A DNA stretch of 64,000 nucleotides, taken from assembly GCF_006345805.1 (NCBI RefSeq), contig NC_042999.1, positions 12,958,001 through 13,022,000 on the forward strand, given 5' to 3'. Shown here in pieces: positions 25,533 to 37,745 of the stretch. Under the pieces are notes generated by a model. The model saw nothing but the letters and a program-made list of their open reading frames with translations, did not search any database and had not been told where the DNA came from. The number at the start of each line of letters is the position of its first letter. Position 1 is the stretch's first letter. Source of the DNA: Octopus sinensis. Taxonomy: Eukaryota. Position numbers and translations under genes: made by a program.

Positions 25533-26409
25533 ATAACAAATTTGGTTGTAGAACAAACAACAAATTTAAGGTCATCCACCCAACATATCACATCTCAAAC
25601 ATTTAATCACATAATGCTTTTTCTTATACATAGAATACAGATGTATGAAATCACAGATGATGAAACAATAATCATTTAGACAAGCATATTAAAAAAATGT
25701 GTGAGGACAGTCTATCACAATTAAAAATTAATACTTCAGCAACTAAAAAATTTTTTTTAACATTATAACATCTAGAATAATAAATACATAAAAATTATAA
25801 AAATATATAAATATATAAAAATACATATATATAGGAAACATATAAATATATAAGGTAAGATAAGGAATTTTTTCGATTAAAAATTACTTTTTAAGATAAG
25901 GGGAAAACCTATTAAGAAAAGCCAGTGTCCAAGCAAAAAAGAAAAAGCCATATTTACAGTCCCTATGGCCATTTCAGGGGTTCATCAGCGTATTTAATGC
26001 ACAAGGGTGCATTACGATAATGACTCCTTCATCAGAGGAAAATAATAAAACATCACATACCAAGGCGAGACTTCTTTAATCGAAAAATTTCCTAATCAAT
26101 GAACTTTTATCTTACCTTATATATTATATATTTATATGTTTCCTATATATATATATGTATTTTTATATTTTTTTTATATATTTATTATTCTAGATGTTGT
26201 AATGTTAAAAAATTTTTTTTTAGTCGCTGAAGTATTGATTCTTAATTGCGATAGACTGTCCTCACACATTTTTTTTTTATATGCTTGTCTAAATGATTAT
26301 TGTTTCATCTGTGATTTTATGTATAAGAAAAAGCATTATGTCTGAGATGTGACATGTTGGGTGGATGACCTTAAATTTGTTGTTTGTTCTACAATCAAAG
26401 TTTGTTATA
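25533..26409. repeat. Second long foldback (arms ~25533-25881 and ~26075-26409)
   Basis: The arms are clearly reverse-complementary (e.g. GGTCATCCACCCAACAT / ATGTTGGGTGGATGACC) with scattered indels. A (TA)n array adjoins the left arm and another lies ~80 bp beyond the right arm. Confidence 0.85.
25958..26041 (-). ncRNA. Degenerate type I hammerhead-like motif (family 2)
   Basis: Minus strand TTTCCT-CTGATGA-AGGAGT...(TAATGCAC-CCTT-GTGCATTA hairpin)...ACCCCT-GAAA-TGGCCA-TA-GGGACT. Stem II is 5/6 paired, stem III is the palindrome ATGGCCAT, the triplet is AUA, and stem I has 4 bp including one G-U. Confidence 0.55.
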
Positions 26410-26479
26410 CTCATCTCATTTACTTGAGCACTTCTATAGCAGTCCTATTAACCCTATTGTTCCTAATAGGAAACAATCA

Positions 26480-26493
26480 CTATTATTATTGAT

Positions 26494-26532
<39 letters not shown>

Positions 26533-27520
26533 CATCATCATTTAATGTCTGCTATATATATCTATATACATATACACACACCACACACATATATACATAC
26601 ACACACATATATACATACACACATGTATATATATACATACACACACATATATACATACACACACACACATATATACATACACACACACACATATATACAT
26701 ACACACACACACACATATACATACACACACACATATATACATACACACACACACATATACATACACACACACATATATACATACACACACACACACACAT
26801 ATATACACACACACCACACACACACACATATATATACATATACACACACACACATATATATACATATACACACACACACACACATATATATACATATACA
26901 CACACACACACATATATATACATATACACACACACACACATATACATATACACACACACACATATATACATATACATATACACACACACACATATATACA
27001 TATACATATACACACACACACATATATATACATATACACACATATATATACATATACAAACACACACCACACACACACACATATATACATATACATACAC
27101 ACACACATATATATATACATACACACACACATATATATATATACATACACACACACACACATATATATATACATACACACACACATATATATACATACAC
27201 ACACACATATTATATACATATACATACACACACACATATTATATACATATACATACACACACACACATATATATATATACATACACACACACACACATAT
27301 ATATATATACATACACACACATATATATATATACACACACATATATATATATATATACACACATATATATATATATACACACATATATATATATATACAC
27401 ACACATATATATATATATATATACACATATATATATATACACACACACACACACCACACACACACGCACACACACACACACACACATATATATATCATCA
27501 TCATTTAATGTCTGCTATAC
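26480..27520. repeat. ~1-kb mosaic (TA)/(CA) microsatellite
   Basis: Direct reading; source of the spurious His/Thr/Tyr and Val/Cys ORFs at 26542-27534. Confidence 0.95.
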
Positions 27521-29402
27521 ATATATTTTTCTGAATTAAATTGCAGATCATTCTATCTCCTTGACTGCCTCAGGAACAGAAACCAAAAGGCATATATCTT
27601 GCCCATTACATTATTATTATTGTTGTTGTTATTATTATTATCATTTTTGAAAACTAACACATCATATTAATGCTTGCAAGGATCAGATGGAATTTGTTGA
27701 GGCAAATTTTCTATAACCAAATGCTCTTCCTATTACCAACCTCCACTTGTTTGTAAGCAAGGTAACATTTCCCCATGGCCAGACATGTTTTTGTAGAATA
27801 TTGGAAATGATTGACGCTGCTTGTATGAAAGTGACATTCATTTACAACCACAACACAATGCCAAGACAAAGAGACACCTCCCCACACACATATGCTTCCT
27901 TCCATTTCTATTTACCAAATTCAACCAGAAAGCATTGGTTGATCCAAAGGTATAATAGAAGACACTTTGCCTAAGGTGCCTCACAATAAGACTGAAATCA
28001 CCATTTTTCAGAGTGCTTGCTCCACACAAATTCTCGATTAGAAAACTTCCCTTATTATGTTCCCCCCACCCCTTTTATCTTGCATTCTCAAATTTTGGTT
28101 TATTCCTATCAACAGTTTACTCCAGTTGCATTCTTAATATTTTCAAGAAGTCTTGACTGAACTTCTCAAAGACATGCCAGACCAAGTTGAAAGGATGCCA
28201 AACTACCAACCACCCAAAAAGCTCAAGAACTAAAGCCCAATCCTACACTAAACCATACCACTGACTTAGTTATCTTATTAGCAACATTGTTATAGCTATA
28301 GTTTAGCTTTGAGTCAGCTCTGATTGAGCAGAAGTAGGATCAAAGGTATTCCAGCTGTGATTATCCAGTATTACATGTAGACATAGAGCTTCAAGGGCTA
28401 CATTGTGTTGGAGCATGAACTGAAGTCAAATTTGGCTTCTGTTACTAGAAATTAAGCAACTGCATTGACAATCCCTCATCGATTTGTGAGCAGCACTCTA
28501 AGTGATTTGCAGACTTGAAGTTCTGATTTATATCTCATATGTACACAGGTGCGTAAGTGAATAGGTATGTGTACAAATATTAGAGCTTTATGTGAGTTTG
28601 CACCTGCTTACAAGTGTTACAGTGTGTGTGCATATTTAAATGCATGTACACATTTCAGAAAGTGTTCACATTTTAGAGTATGTTCAAAAGCTAAAGCAAG
28701 TGTATGAGCATGAGTACATGAATGAATACAAGCTTGCATGTTTGTGTGAAAGAGACACAGAGAGTATGAGTACAAAATAGGTTGTATGTTGGAGATCCCT
28801 CACATGATGATGACTGTTATAAATATCTGTATTTATGGCTGAATGACAAAAGAGATGGCTGGTTGCATAAACAGACATAGATTTCATAATAGGTTTTATA
28901 GAAAGAAAAATATAAAAGAAGAAAAAAACAAATAGTTTCACTTGAATTTTATGCGTGTTCCAGAAACATGCTATTTAGTCATAAAGATAACAACCAATCT
29001 AATCATATCTGATGAGAATAAACAAGATATTTTATCTACATAAAGAAGGAACTGTAGCTATGAAACAAGATTGTGAGATATAAAAATATTTGAAATAAAC
29101 ATGAACCCACCACACCAAATAGGTTTTCCTGCAAATGATACAGGAAAATCATTTTAACAGTTTCATGTGTTATTTTCAGAGTTTCTAATAAACTTCAAAG
29201 TGATAGAGAATAGCAACAACCTTCATGTGATAGGGAATGGCAACCTTAAAATGATAGGGAATAATGATAGCATGGAAAAAGAAGTTCTTTGGTGCAGCTG
29301 TCAACAATAAACATCTAGTCCTTAAGATTTTGTCGTGATTCATTCACTGAAGCTCAAGTTGATATGGAATAGAGAAAGAACTCCAAAACTTGGAACAATA
29401 TA

Positions 29403-29450
<48 letters not shown>

Positions 29451-29809
29451 TCATCAAGCCAAGTGAAATTGTCATTGTGGCTATTGACAATGTTATGTAA
29501 ATGGCACCTGTGAAACCGTAGTCATGGCCATTGCCAGTGCCCTGTAAACGGCAGCCATGCTGGTGGCATGTAAAAAGCACCCATTACACACTTGGAGTGG
29601 TTGCCATTAAGAAGGGTGTCCAGCCATAGAAACCATGCCAAATCAGACTGGAACCTGGTGCAGCTCTCTGGCTTACAAATTCCAGTCAAACCATCTAACC
29701 CATGCCAGCATAGATGCAGATGTTAAATGATGAAGATATATATTCTTTTATACGTTTCAGCTCTAAGACTGTGGCCATGCTGGAGCACCACCAGTGTAAT
29801 CACTTTTCA

Positions 29810-32195
29810 ATGGCCAATTTTATTTGATTGGCTTTTGGTGAAGGAGGGAGTTTGACACTGCTGCCCATTTTTGAGTCTCTTGCCTTGATATAGGTTCATC
29901 TGTGACCTTGGATAGCAGAAAGTCAAGCTGTTTCTTGAAAACATCTATCCCTATAAAGATCACTCAAATGTTTTGGAAAGCATTAAATAGTAGTGGGTCC
30001 TTGAATCCCAAGCTATTGCAGTACATGGGCTTCACATGGATAGCTGAGACATTTGGACAGTGCAGTAATGTCCAGTTCAGAGTCTGGTATAGCTCTTGAT
30101 AGCAAAGTTTGGCGACAACTCTTCCAGGATCTTCCATACATACATCACTGCATACCTCTCCCATCTTTGTTCCAGGGAGTTGAATAGTAGTTCTTTCAGT
30201 ATCTCCCAGTAGCAATGCAATCTTCCTGGTGTAACACTGCTGAACTATTTCAAGTTCTGTAGGGTGACCACAGTTGAGAGCAGTAATCCAGATAGCTGAG
30301 TACAAATGTCCTTCATAGAACCAGCATAGTGTCCTGGTCCCTTATTCTGAAGGTTCTCAGAATTTACCTGGCCGTTTGCCTGCATACTGTCAACATCTTG
30401 GCGGCACATGAAATGAGGCATCATTGTTCATATCAATCCCCAGATAACACACTGTATATGACTCTGGGATTGCCACTACTTTTGGTCCAAAGTATGATTG
30501 TTGCAGCTTGTGAGCACCTATTAGCTGGTAGTGGAGGACTTGGAGTTTACCTACATTAAATTGCATGTTGTTTTCTTCACCCCATTTATATATGGCATCT
30601 GGGTCTATCTGTAGAAGATTAACACCAGAAGGTCCTTTGACTGCTTGTACTACTTTTGTATCATCAGCATAGCTAGTTAGTGTAGCTGTCAAACTGATGG
30701 TACATCTGAAAGAGCCACCATGAACAACAGTAGCCCCAATACATTTACCTAAGGCACTCCACTCTCTATTACTGTCTCCTTGGAGAGGGCCCCATTGCTT
30801 CCACAACCTGGCTTCTGTCTTTTAAGTCATGCAACCAGTTTTCCAGTTTCCCAGCTATGCCAAGTTTCCATGACTTGTGACATCTTCTATGATCCACCTT
30901 AAAGGCCTTTGCAAAATTGAGATATATTACATCCATATTTGAATGATTCATTTGTTGTTTTAACACCCAGTCATAATGCTGCAAATGCTGTGTAAGGCAG
31001 TGCTTCTTCCTGAGTGGAAACCATGCTGAGTGTCAGGGAGCAAGTCATTATCTTCAAGGAATGCAACCAGTTTCGTCCTGACAATCTATTCCATGACTTT
31101 GCTGACATGGAAGGTTAGAGAGATAAGTCCATAATTTTTAGCATCTGCTCTGACATATTATGCTATTCTTTAACTTTTTGGAAAGTCTCACAGTTGCAGG
31201 GGAGCTCTGGACGAGAACCTTTTTGCATTTTTTTAGGACAGTTGCTGAGAATCCATCAGGGCCTATAGCTGAGTTTGAGCTCATTTCATCAATGGCTGAT
31301 ATTACATGTTTCCTCTATTTTGATGCTATCAATAATCGCCGTTTCTTTGTGTAGAGCTGTGGTGCCAAAGAACACATCAGGCATAGCTACTTGCAGGTGC
31401 CCCATTGAAAGCTCTTGTATTGCACATTCTGTATTTCACTGATCCTCTGGGGGTCTGCAGTTGTCAAGCCATTTTCTTCAAACAGTGGCCCTATCTTGTA
31501 TTGTACTGAAGCAGACTCTTTTGCATGGTTCATCTTAATATTTTTGACAGTTCTGGCTTCTTCAGCCCTTTCTTTTTCATGGGAGTGTTTGAGTTCATTT
31601 TCTATCTCAAGCAATGTTTGAGATAGGATTGTTTGTTATCCTTTTGTGGCCCATTTAGATGGTTTCAGAGTTTTGCTTGTCGTCTCATTAGAATCATCCT
31701 GATCCAGGGAATTATATTTTTCTGTTGGTTTGGCATTCTCTCTGAAGCACAACTTACTGCATATGTCATGCATGATTATCATACTGCTGCAGCTTTATGT
31801 CAATATCTTGCATAGAGAGACTGGTTGGCCAGTTTTGTTTCATGACCTCTTTCTCAATATCCTTCCAATCAGCTTTGGGAAGGTTCAGGCTGAAGAGGAG
31901 CTGAGTACAAATGCCCTTCATAGAACCAGCATAGTGTCCTGGTCCCTTTTATAGTAGCCTGCATGTCTAGTTTTCTGCAGACACTACTATAATTGTTCTA
32001 TTATGTCATGGTCTGAGAAAATTGCTGGTGTCACCTTAACATTATGGATGAATGCTGCATTATTTGTGAAGCAGTGGTTCACATCTTCAAAGCTAATAAA
32101 CACATTCCATCTTCTGGCCAACAAGAGTGCTGTCTTCTTTCTCTCCCTGTCTTTTCTATCATTGCAACAGTGGTCTCTGCTCATTGGAGTTAGGT
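29810..32195 (-). mobile_element. CR1-like LINE ORF2, 5'-truncated and heavily degenerate
   Basis: FSDHDIIE (end of endonuclease), MDVIYLNFAKAFKVDH, LTSYADDTK, and C-terminal CNSLGFK..LLFNAF. Many stops and frameshifts. Confidence 0.8.
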
Positions 32196-32419
32196 GATCT
32201 CATACCACCATTACTCAGTCACCCCCAACCTACATCTCTCTCCATCTCTCATTGCCTTTGCTGTAGCCAGCCTCTTTCCCATCAAGAATCTTCCTGCTCA
32301 TGTCTTTCCTGCAGGACCTGCAACAGTTTAAATGGAACATTTAAAAGCATCAATCCCACCCGTCTCAGAGAACCTGCAGAACTCATGGGCACTGCCCCAT
32401 CCTCCAGACTCATCATCAT

Positions 32420-33285
32420 CATCATCATCATCGTTTAACGTCCGCTTTCCATGCTAGCATGGGTTGGACGGTTCAACTGGGGTCTGGCAAGCCCGAAGGC
32501 TGCACCAGGCCAGTCAGATCTGGCAGTGTTTCTACAGCTGGATGCCCTTCCTAACGCCAACCACTCCGAGAGTGTAGTGGGTGATTTTATGTGCCACCGA
32601 CACAGGTGCCAGACGAGGCTGGCAGACGGCCACGCTCGGATGGTGTTTTTTATGTGCCACCGACACAGGTGCCAGACGAGGCTGGCTGACGGCCACGCTC
32701 GGATGGTGTTTTCTTATGTGTCACCGACACAGGTGCCAGACGGGGCTGGCGGACGGCCACGCTCGGATGGTGTTTGTTACGTGCCCTCAGCACGGAGGCC
32801 AGTCGTTGCGGTACTGGCTACGATCACGTTCGGATGGTTTTCTTATGTGCCACCGGCACTGGTACCACAAGGATACAAATTCCATTGATGTTTATCTATT
32901 TTGATTTGGTTCGATTTGATTTGATTTGATTCGATTCGATTCGATTCGATTCTCACTTGCCTCAACAGGTCTTCACAAGTGTCACAAGAAGGAAGGTATG
33001 CACAGGTGGACTGACTACGTCCCAGGTAGGGGCCATGGATTATGGCTTCACTAGTCTTGCCGGGTCTTCTCACGCACAGCATACTTCCATAGGTCTCGGT
33101 CTCTAGTCATTTCCATGGTGAGACCTAACGTCCGAAGGTCGTGCTTCACCACTTCGTCCCAGGTTTTCCTGGGTCTACCTCTTCCACGGGTTCCCTCAAC
33201 TGCTAGGGATTGGCACTTTCTCACACACCTATCTTCATCCATTCTCGCCACATGACCATACCAGCGCAATCGTCTCTCTTGCACA
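32420..33285 (-). mobile_element. RTE-type LINE 3' end, young copy
   Basis: VQERRLRWYGHVARMDEDRCVRKCQSLAVEGTRGRGRPRKTWDEVVKHDLRTLGL...EKTRQD* (stop 33051). The 3'UTR has ~62-nt tandem repeats and (ATCGA/ATCAA)n, and a (GAT)n tail at ~32420. CpGs are retained. Confidence 0.85.
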
Positions 33286-36200
33286 CAAAGAAAAATTGAA
33301 CTGACATTCATTGATTCCAGATGAGAGTGCAATCTGAAAGTATAGCCTTATTAAGGTAAAAACACACTCAAACTAATGAAAAGAATTTTATTTATTTATA
33401 TAAATACTACACATTATTCTTGTTATCAATGTGTAGCTGAAAAACCTAACCCACCTTCCTCCCCTGCAGGGAAATATTAATTCCAAGTGACTCCTGAAAG
33501 CCTTACATAATGGCTAGCAACTTTAAAAGCAAAAAAAAAAACATATGCTAATAATATACATCTGGTTTTCCCAGTTAGCAAATGAAGGAAAATCACAATA
33601 ATCAATACATACAATTGTTAATAAAACAAATGTTGATAAAGGATCGATAAGCTGTTCCACTTTTACTTTTGAGACAACATGGTTTTCATATTATCAAACA
33701 TGTTCAACTGTTCTATGAAGGACAAACCAATCTCCATTCTATATTGAATTGTACTTCTGAGAGAGTTCACTTTGTAGGAAATCAAATGTGTAATTTTTTT
33801 TAATGCATTGTGAAATTCATATTTACAAAGGAGTATGCGTTAGAGTTATAATGAAATCTCATTATTATTGTAATAATTTCCAAGGCAGTGAACTGACAGT
33901 CATTAACACACCAGACAAAATGCTTAGTGGCATTTAGTCTGTCTTTACATGAGATTAAATTCCGCCAAGGTCGACGTATCCTTTCAGGGTTGATCAGTCC
34001 TGGGGTCGATGTATTCAACTTATCTCCTTCCCCGAAATTACTGACTTTGTGCCAAAATTTAAAACCATTATTATGATAAGTTCCTATAAATTAGAAACAA
34101 CAAAATAAAATGCTATACTTTTAAAAGATAAGGAAAAAGTTGCTTTTAAAAAAATCATAACCTGAGAGTAACCATTCAACTCTGCAAATATTTAGTTTTC
34201 TATATTGATATTATCTCTGTCATGAACCTTTCACACTTCCAAGAACTCATCCATTCACACCATTTCTCTGTTGCTCACCTTCCTATAACTTGAGGGCATA
34301 CCCCGGAACATCTTCACTACCATCTTTCTCTTCCAACTGGGGTAGCCATGAATCATCTCCCACCACAAGACACTTGTTTCTGACCTTCTATCATACTTTA
34401 ATCTCTCGTCACCTGACATAAAACACCTCCCTGAATACTAGTTCTCCTTCATTTGAGAAAGGTCTTGTTGTACAAATTACCTGGTGACTACAGTGGTGCT
34501 GGTGCCAAATAAAAAGCACCCAGTGCACTCTGTAAAAAGGTGGGTGCTATAAGAAAGGCATCTAGTGATAGAAACCAGTTCTCTGGTTCACAAGCCTTTC
34601 TCAAACCATCCAACCAATGTCAGAATGGAAAATAGACATGATGATGATGATGATGACAATTATAGATATTGTTATTTAGTTTTCTACACTGATGTTATTG
34701 GAAAACTAAAGAACAGACTTTCAATATTTATCAACAATTTGTTAGTAGATTTTCAATATTTATTAATGATTTCATTTATAAATAATTTGATTGTTGATAG
34801 AAAATTTTCAAATAATTTTTCTGCAAACAAAACGTTTTTTTTTTTTGTTTTCTGCTTTTTCTTTAAAAATAAAAATGGATTAAAATTTTAAAATATTTTA
34901 ACCAACAATTTTTTCCATACTAGTTTAGGTTGGAATCTCTTTATTCATCGTAATATCAGAAGTCACATCATAAGTATGCTTATAAGAAATTTTCTATAAA
35001 TTATGCTAAACAATTTTCTTTAAAAACTGTTTCTAGTCTCCCAAACAACAGTTGCAGATTCCCAAACCCTTTATTGTTTGGAGGATTCGAGAAAGAAAGA
35101 GAAATGTTTGATAGAGAGACTTCTACATGACTCAACTTTCTAATTTCACAACTGTCTCAAGTTTTGACTCTAACACTTTGCAGCACATTTTCTCAAATTA
35201 TATTTACTAATTAGAGTTTACAAAAGGCCATAACCTCCCCCCACCCCATAAAAAACATATACTCTCTGATTTTTGTTTAGATATATATGTGTAGGGAGGA
35301 GACTAGCCACAGCAGACAGTTCAGAAAAGAGATTGATTCAGACTGTGCCGCTAGTTTTGAGGTGAGAGGAATGCAAGAGCCAAGATTTGCATGCATTAAA
35401 GTCTGTCAAGATGATAACTTGAGAGGATTGAGAGATATAACAGAGGACTTCAATACTGGAGTTGGTTAAACAACTGCTGGTAAGAGAACAATAAAAATGT
35501 AAAGACAGCAAATGAATTTAGAGAAACAGAAAAGACTTTGTGCAAGAGCAACTGAAAGATCATTCAATCAGAATAAAAGTAGGTTGTCAGTGCAGAATTA
35601 AGCAGTTGCTTGCAAATGGCTGTTCACGACTATTTTAGGTATTATTTCAAGTAATTTCTTTATGATTTTTTTCAACCATGAAGCTCACCATACCTTGACA
35701 GTTCCAAGGGATAGAGTGTTTACAGCAGAGGAGATACAAGAAACTATAGAAGATTCTCATGAAGATCAATGAAATTTCAATTAAACCCATCTCCTCTTAA
35801 AGATGAAAGCTTGCAAGTGGAAAGTAATGATGGTCTCTCACAAAAATGAGGACGGTGGTGTTGTTCTCAGTCAGCCTGATGAGAATGGTAAAGCAATATT
35901 TGGTATTTTAGATTCACAGATTGCTAATTCCTGTTTAAGTGTTTCTGACATGTGTGTTTTTGTGTTGTGTGTGTTCTGGTGGGAGAGCTCAAATCTAAGA
36001 CACTAGTTATCTCCCCACCCTCATGGCTGATAGGGTTAAAATTGACAAACTTAACAAAAAAAAGACAGCTATAAATAAAAAAAAAAGACAAATTTCTTGG
36101 CAAATATTTAATGAGAAAAATTTGCCTCCACATCTGTTCCCCCCTCCCTCTCAGACTTTCGTTAGTTTATTCCATGTGTTTGGCCGTTTGACGACACTTG

Positions 36201-36789
36201 AAAACAAGCACAGCTAAGAATTCCTCGTTTTTAATTGCCTCATTCATTCAAACTCACCTATTCTCTAAAATAATTCTTTCTTGTTTGTTCGAACCCTACC
36301 GTGACTAACCTTGTTTCTCGGCTACATGTAAATACATATTTCATACTTTTCTCTAAAATAATTCTTTCTTGTTTGCTCTACCCCTTAAAATGACTTTACA
36401 TGTCAGTGGTTGCGCCCACCCTTTCCCAACCCCACCACCAATACTAGAAATTTCTTTCTCTTACCGGACATCCAGTTGCCCTTCCCCTCTCTCCTCTTCT
36501 ATTGGTACTCTTGCTGCTCTCTCCTTTCTCTCCCCCCCACCATCTCTGGAGTAACTAAACCAGATAGCAGCCCACTTACCCTCTTTTTTTCTTTCATTTT
36601 TTTTTTTACATTTATATCTGCAGCATCAGTAATGCTTACACCCACAATGCTCATAACACTTATATTTACAACACCCCAAACACTTTCATATACAATACTT
36701 CCTCACTCCCCACCCCCGACCCCGTAGAGGCAAGAACCTTAACAGTTCTAACATGTTTGAATGACGGTAGGTTAACAGCAAGAACAACT

Positions 36790-37060
36790 ATTATGACGTC
36801 TGTTACCAAATGATCACAGGAATACTTCTTCAGTTTAGGAGGAGAGCGATGACTTCCAATCAGTTGCTCATAAAATGCATTTGTTTATTTGCACCTTATG
36901 TAGCCCATTTATAAATCTGCATATTGTGGGGTGCTCCATTCCCAGCTCTGTTTGGAGTCTTCTACTTGCTGCTTCAGCATGGTTATTTGTCCAGTCTTCT
37001 ACTATTTCCACGTCGATTTGGTCTCCCAATATAGGTATCTTATAAATTTCTGATAATATT
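36790..37060 (-). mobile_element. Mutator-like (MULE) transposase relic
   Basis: Minus frames give DTYIGRPNRRGN, then WTNNHAEAASRRLQTELGMEHPTICRFINGLHKVQ, a frameshift, then YEQLIGSHRSPPKLKKY. This resembles the RTNN..E..HRR....HP.IW.FI C-terminal block of invertebrate MULE transposases. Not shown in the ORF track. Confidence 0.65.
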
Positions 37061-37699
37061 ATAAAATGAATTAAAGTTACAAAAGGAATAAATTATCTAT
37101 TAAGCAATTTTCCTGGTGTTGAGTTGTACTGACATTGAGTCGGCAGCAAGTTGGCAGTGGCAAGTTCTCCCTATTCGATTAGATTAACATTTCAATTAAA
37201 AAAATAAATAACATCAAAACAGAAATCAGTTTCCAAGTAGCATGCTTCACTAATAAGACTATATCCTATAATTACAAATAAAACACTCTAATCAGTCAAC
37301 TCAGACAGGTACAAATGAAGCAGAGGTGGAGGAGATCAAGGGTGAAGTGATATTTCTCTAAAAAATAAGCATACAAAAGTAAAATTTCACTCTCTAAATA
37401 AGTTATTGGGCTGATTATTATTATTATTATTATTATTATTTGTATAGCCTGGCTTGTGTAACATTACAAATTCTCTCCACCAAATTCAACTGGAAATAAA
37501 GATTAAAAAGCTAGAATAATTAATACGGGATATTAACTACTAATTAGCATCATTGTGTTCTTCACAAAGTACATAATCTAAGGAAAGGTTCATGCTGTGC
37601 TGTAGAAAATAGTAGTACAGGAATTCTACATTGTAAACACTAGAGTAGAATCGTAGATCTTATTGAGTGAAGATTCTATACAAAAACACCCACCCACAC

Positions 37700-37744
<45 letters not shown>

Positions 37745-37745
<1 letters not shown>

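Noticed and set aside
26542-27534. Long 200-330 aa ORFs on both strands
   Set aside because: They are translations of a TA/CA microsatellite that lacks stop codons. The same applies to the ORFs at 21267-21677 and 23909-24154.
32586-32860. CRISPR-like repeat array
   Set aside because: Contiguous tandem units without unique spacers, in a eukaryotic LINE 3'UTR.
35270-35900. Protein-like plus-strand fragments (RGLRDITEDFNTG; FTAEEIQETIEDS) suggesting Tc1 or piggyBac relics or a nested gene
   Set aside because: Too short and degenerate, with no TIRs or catalytic motifs; cannot be supported without a profile search.
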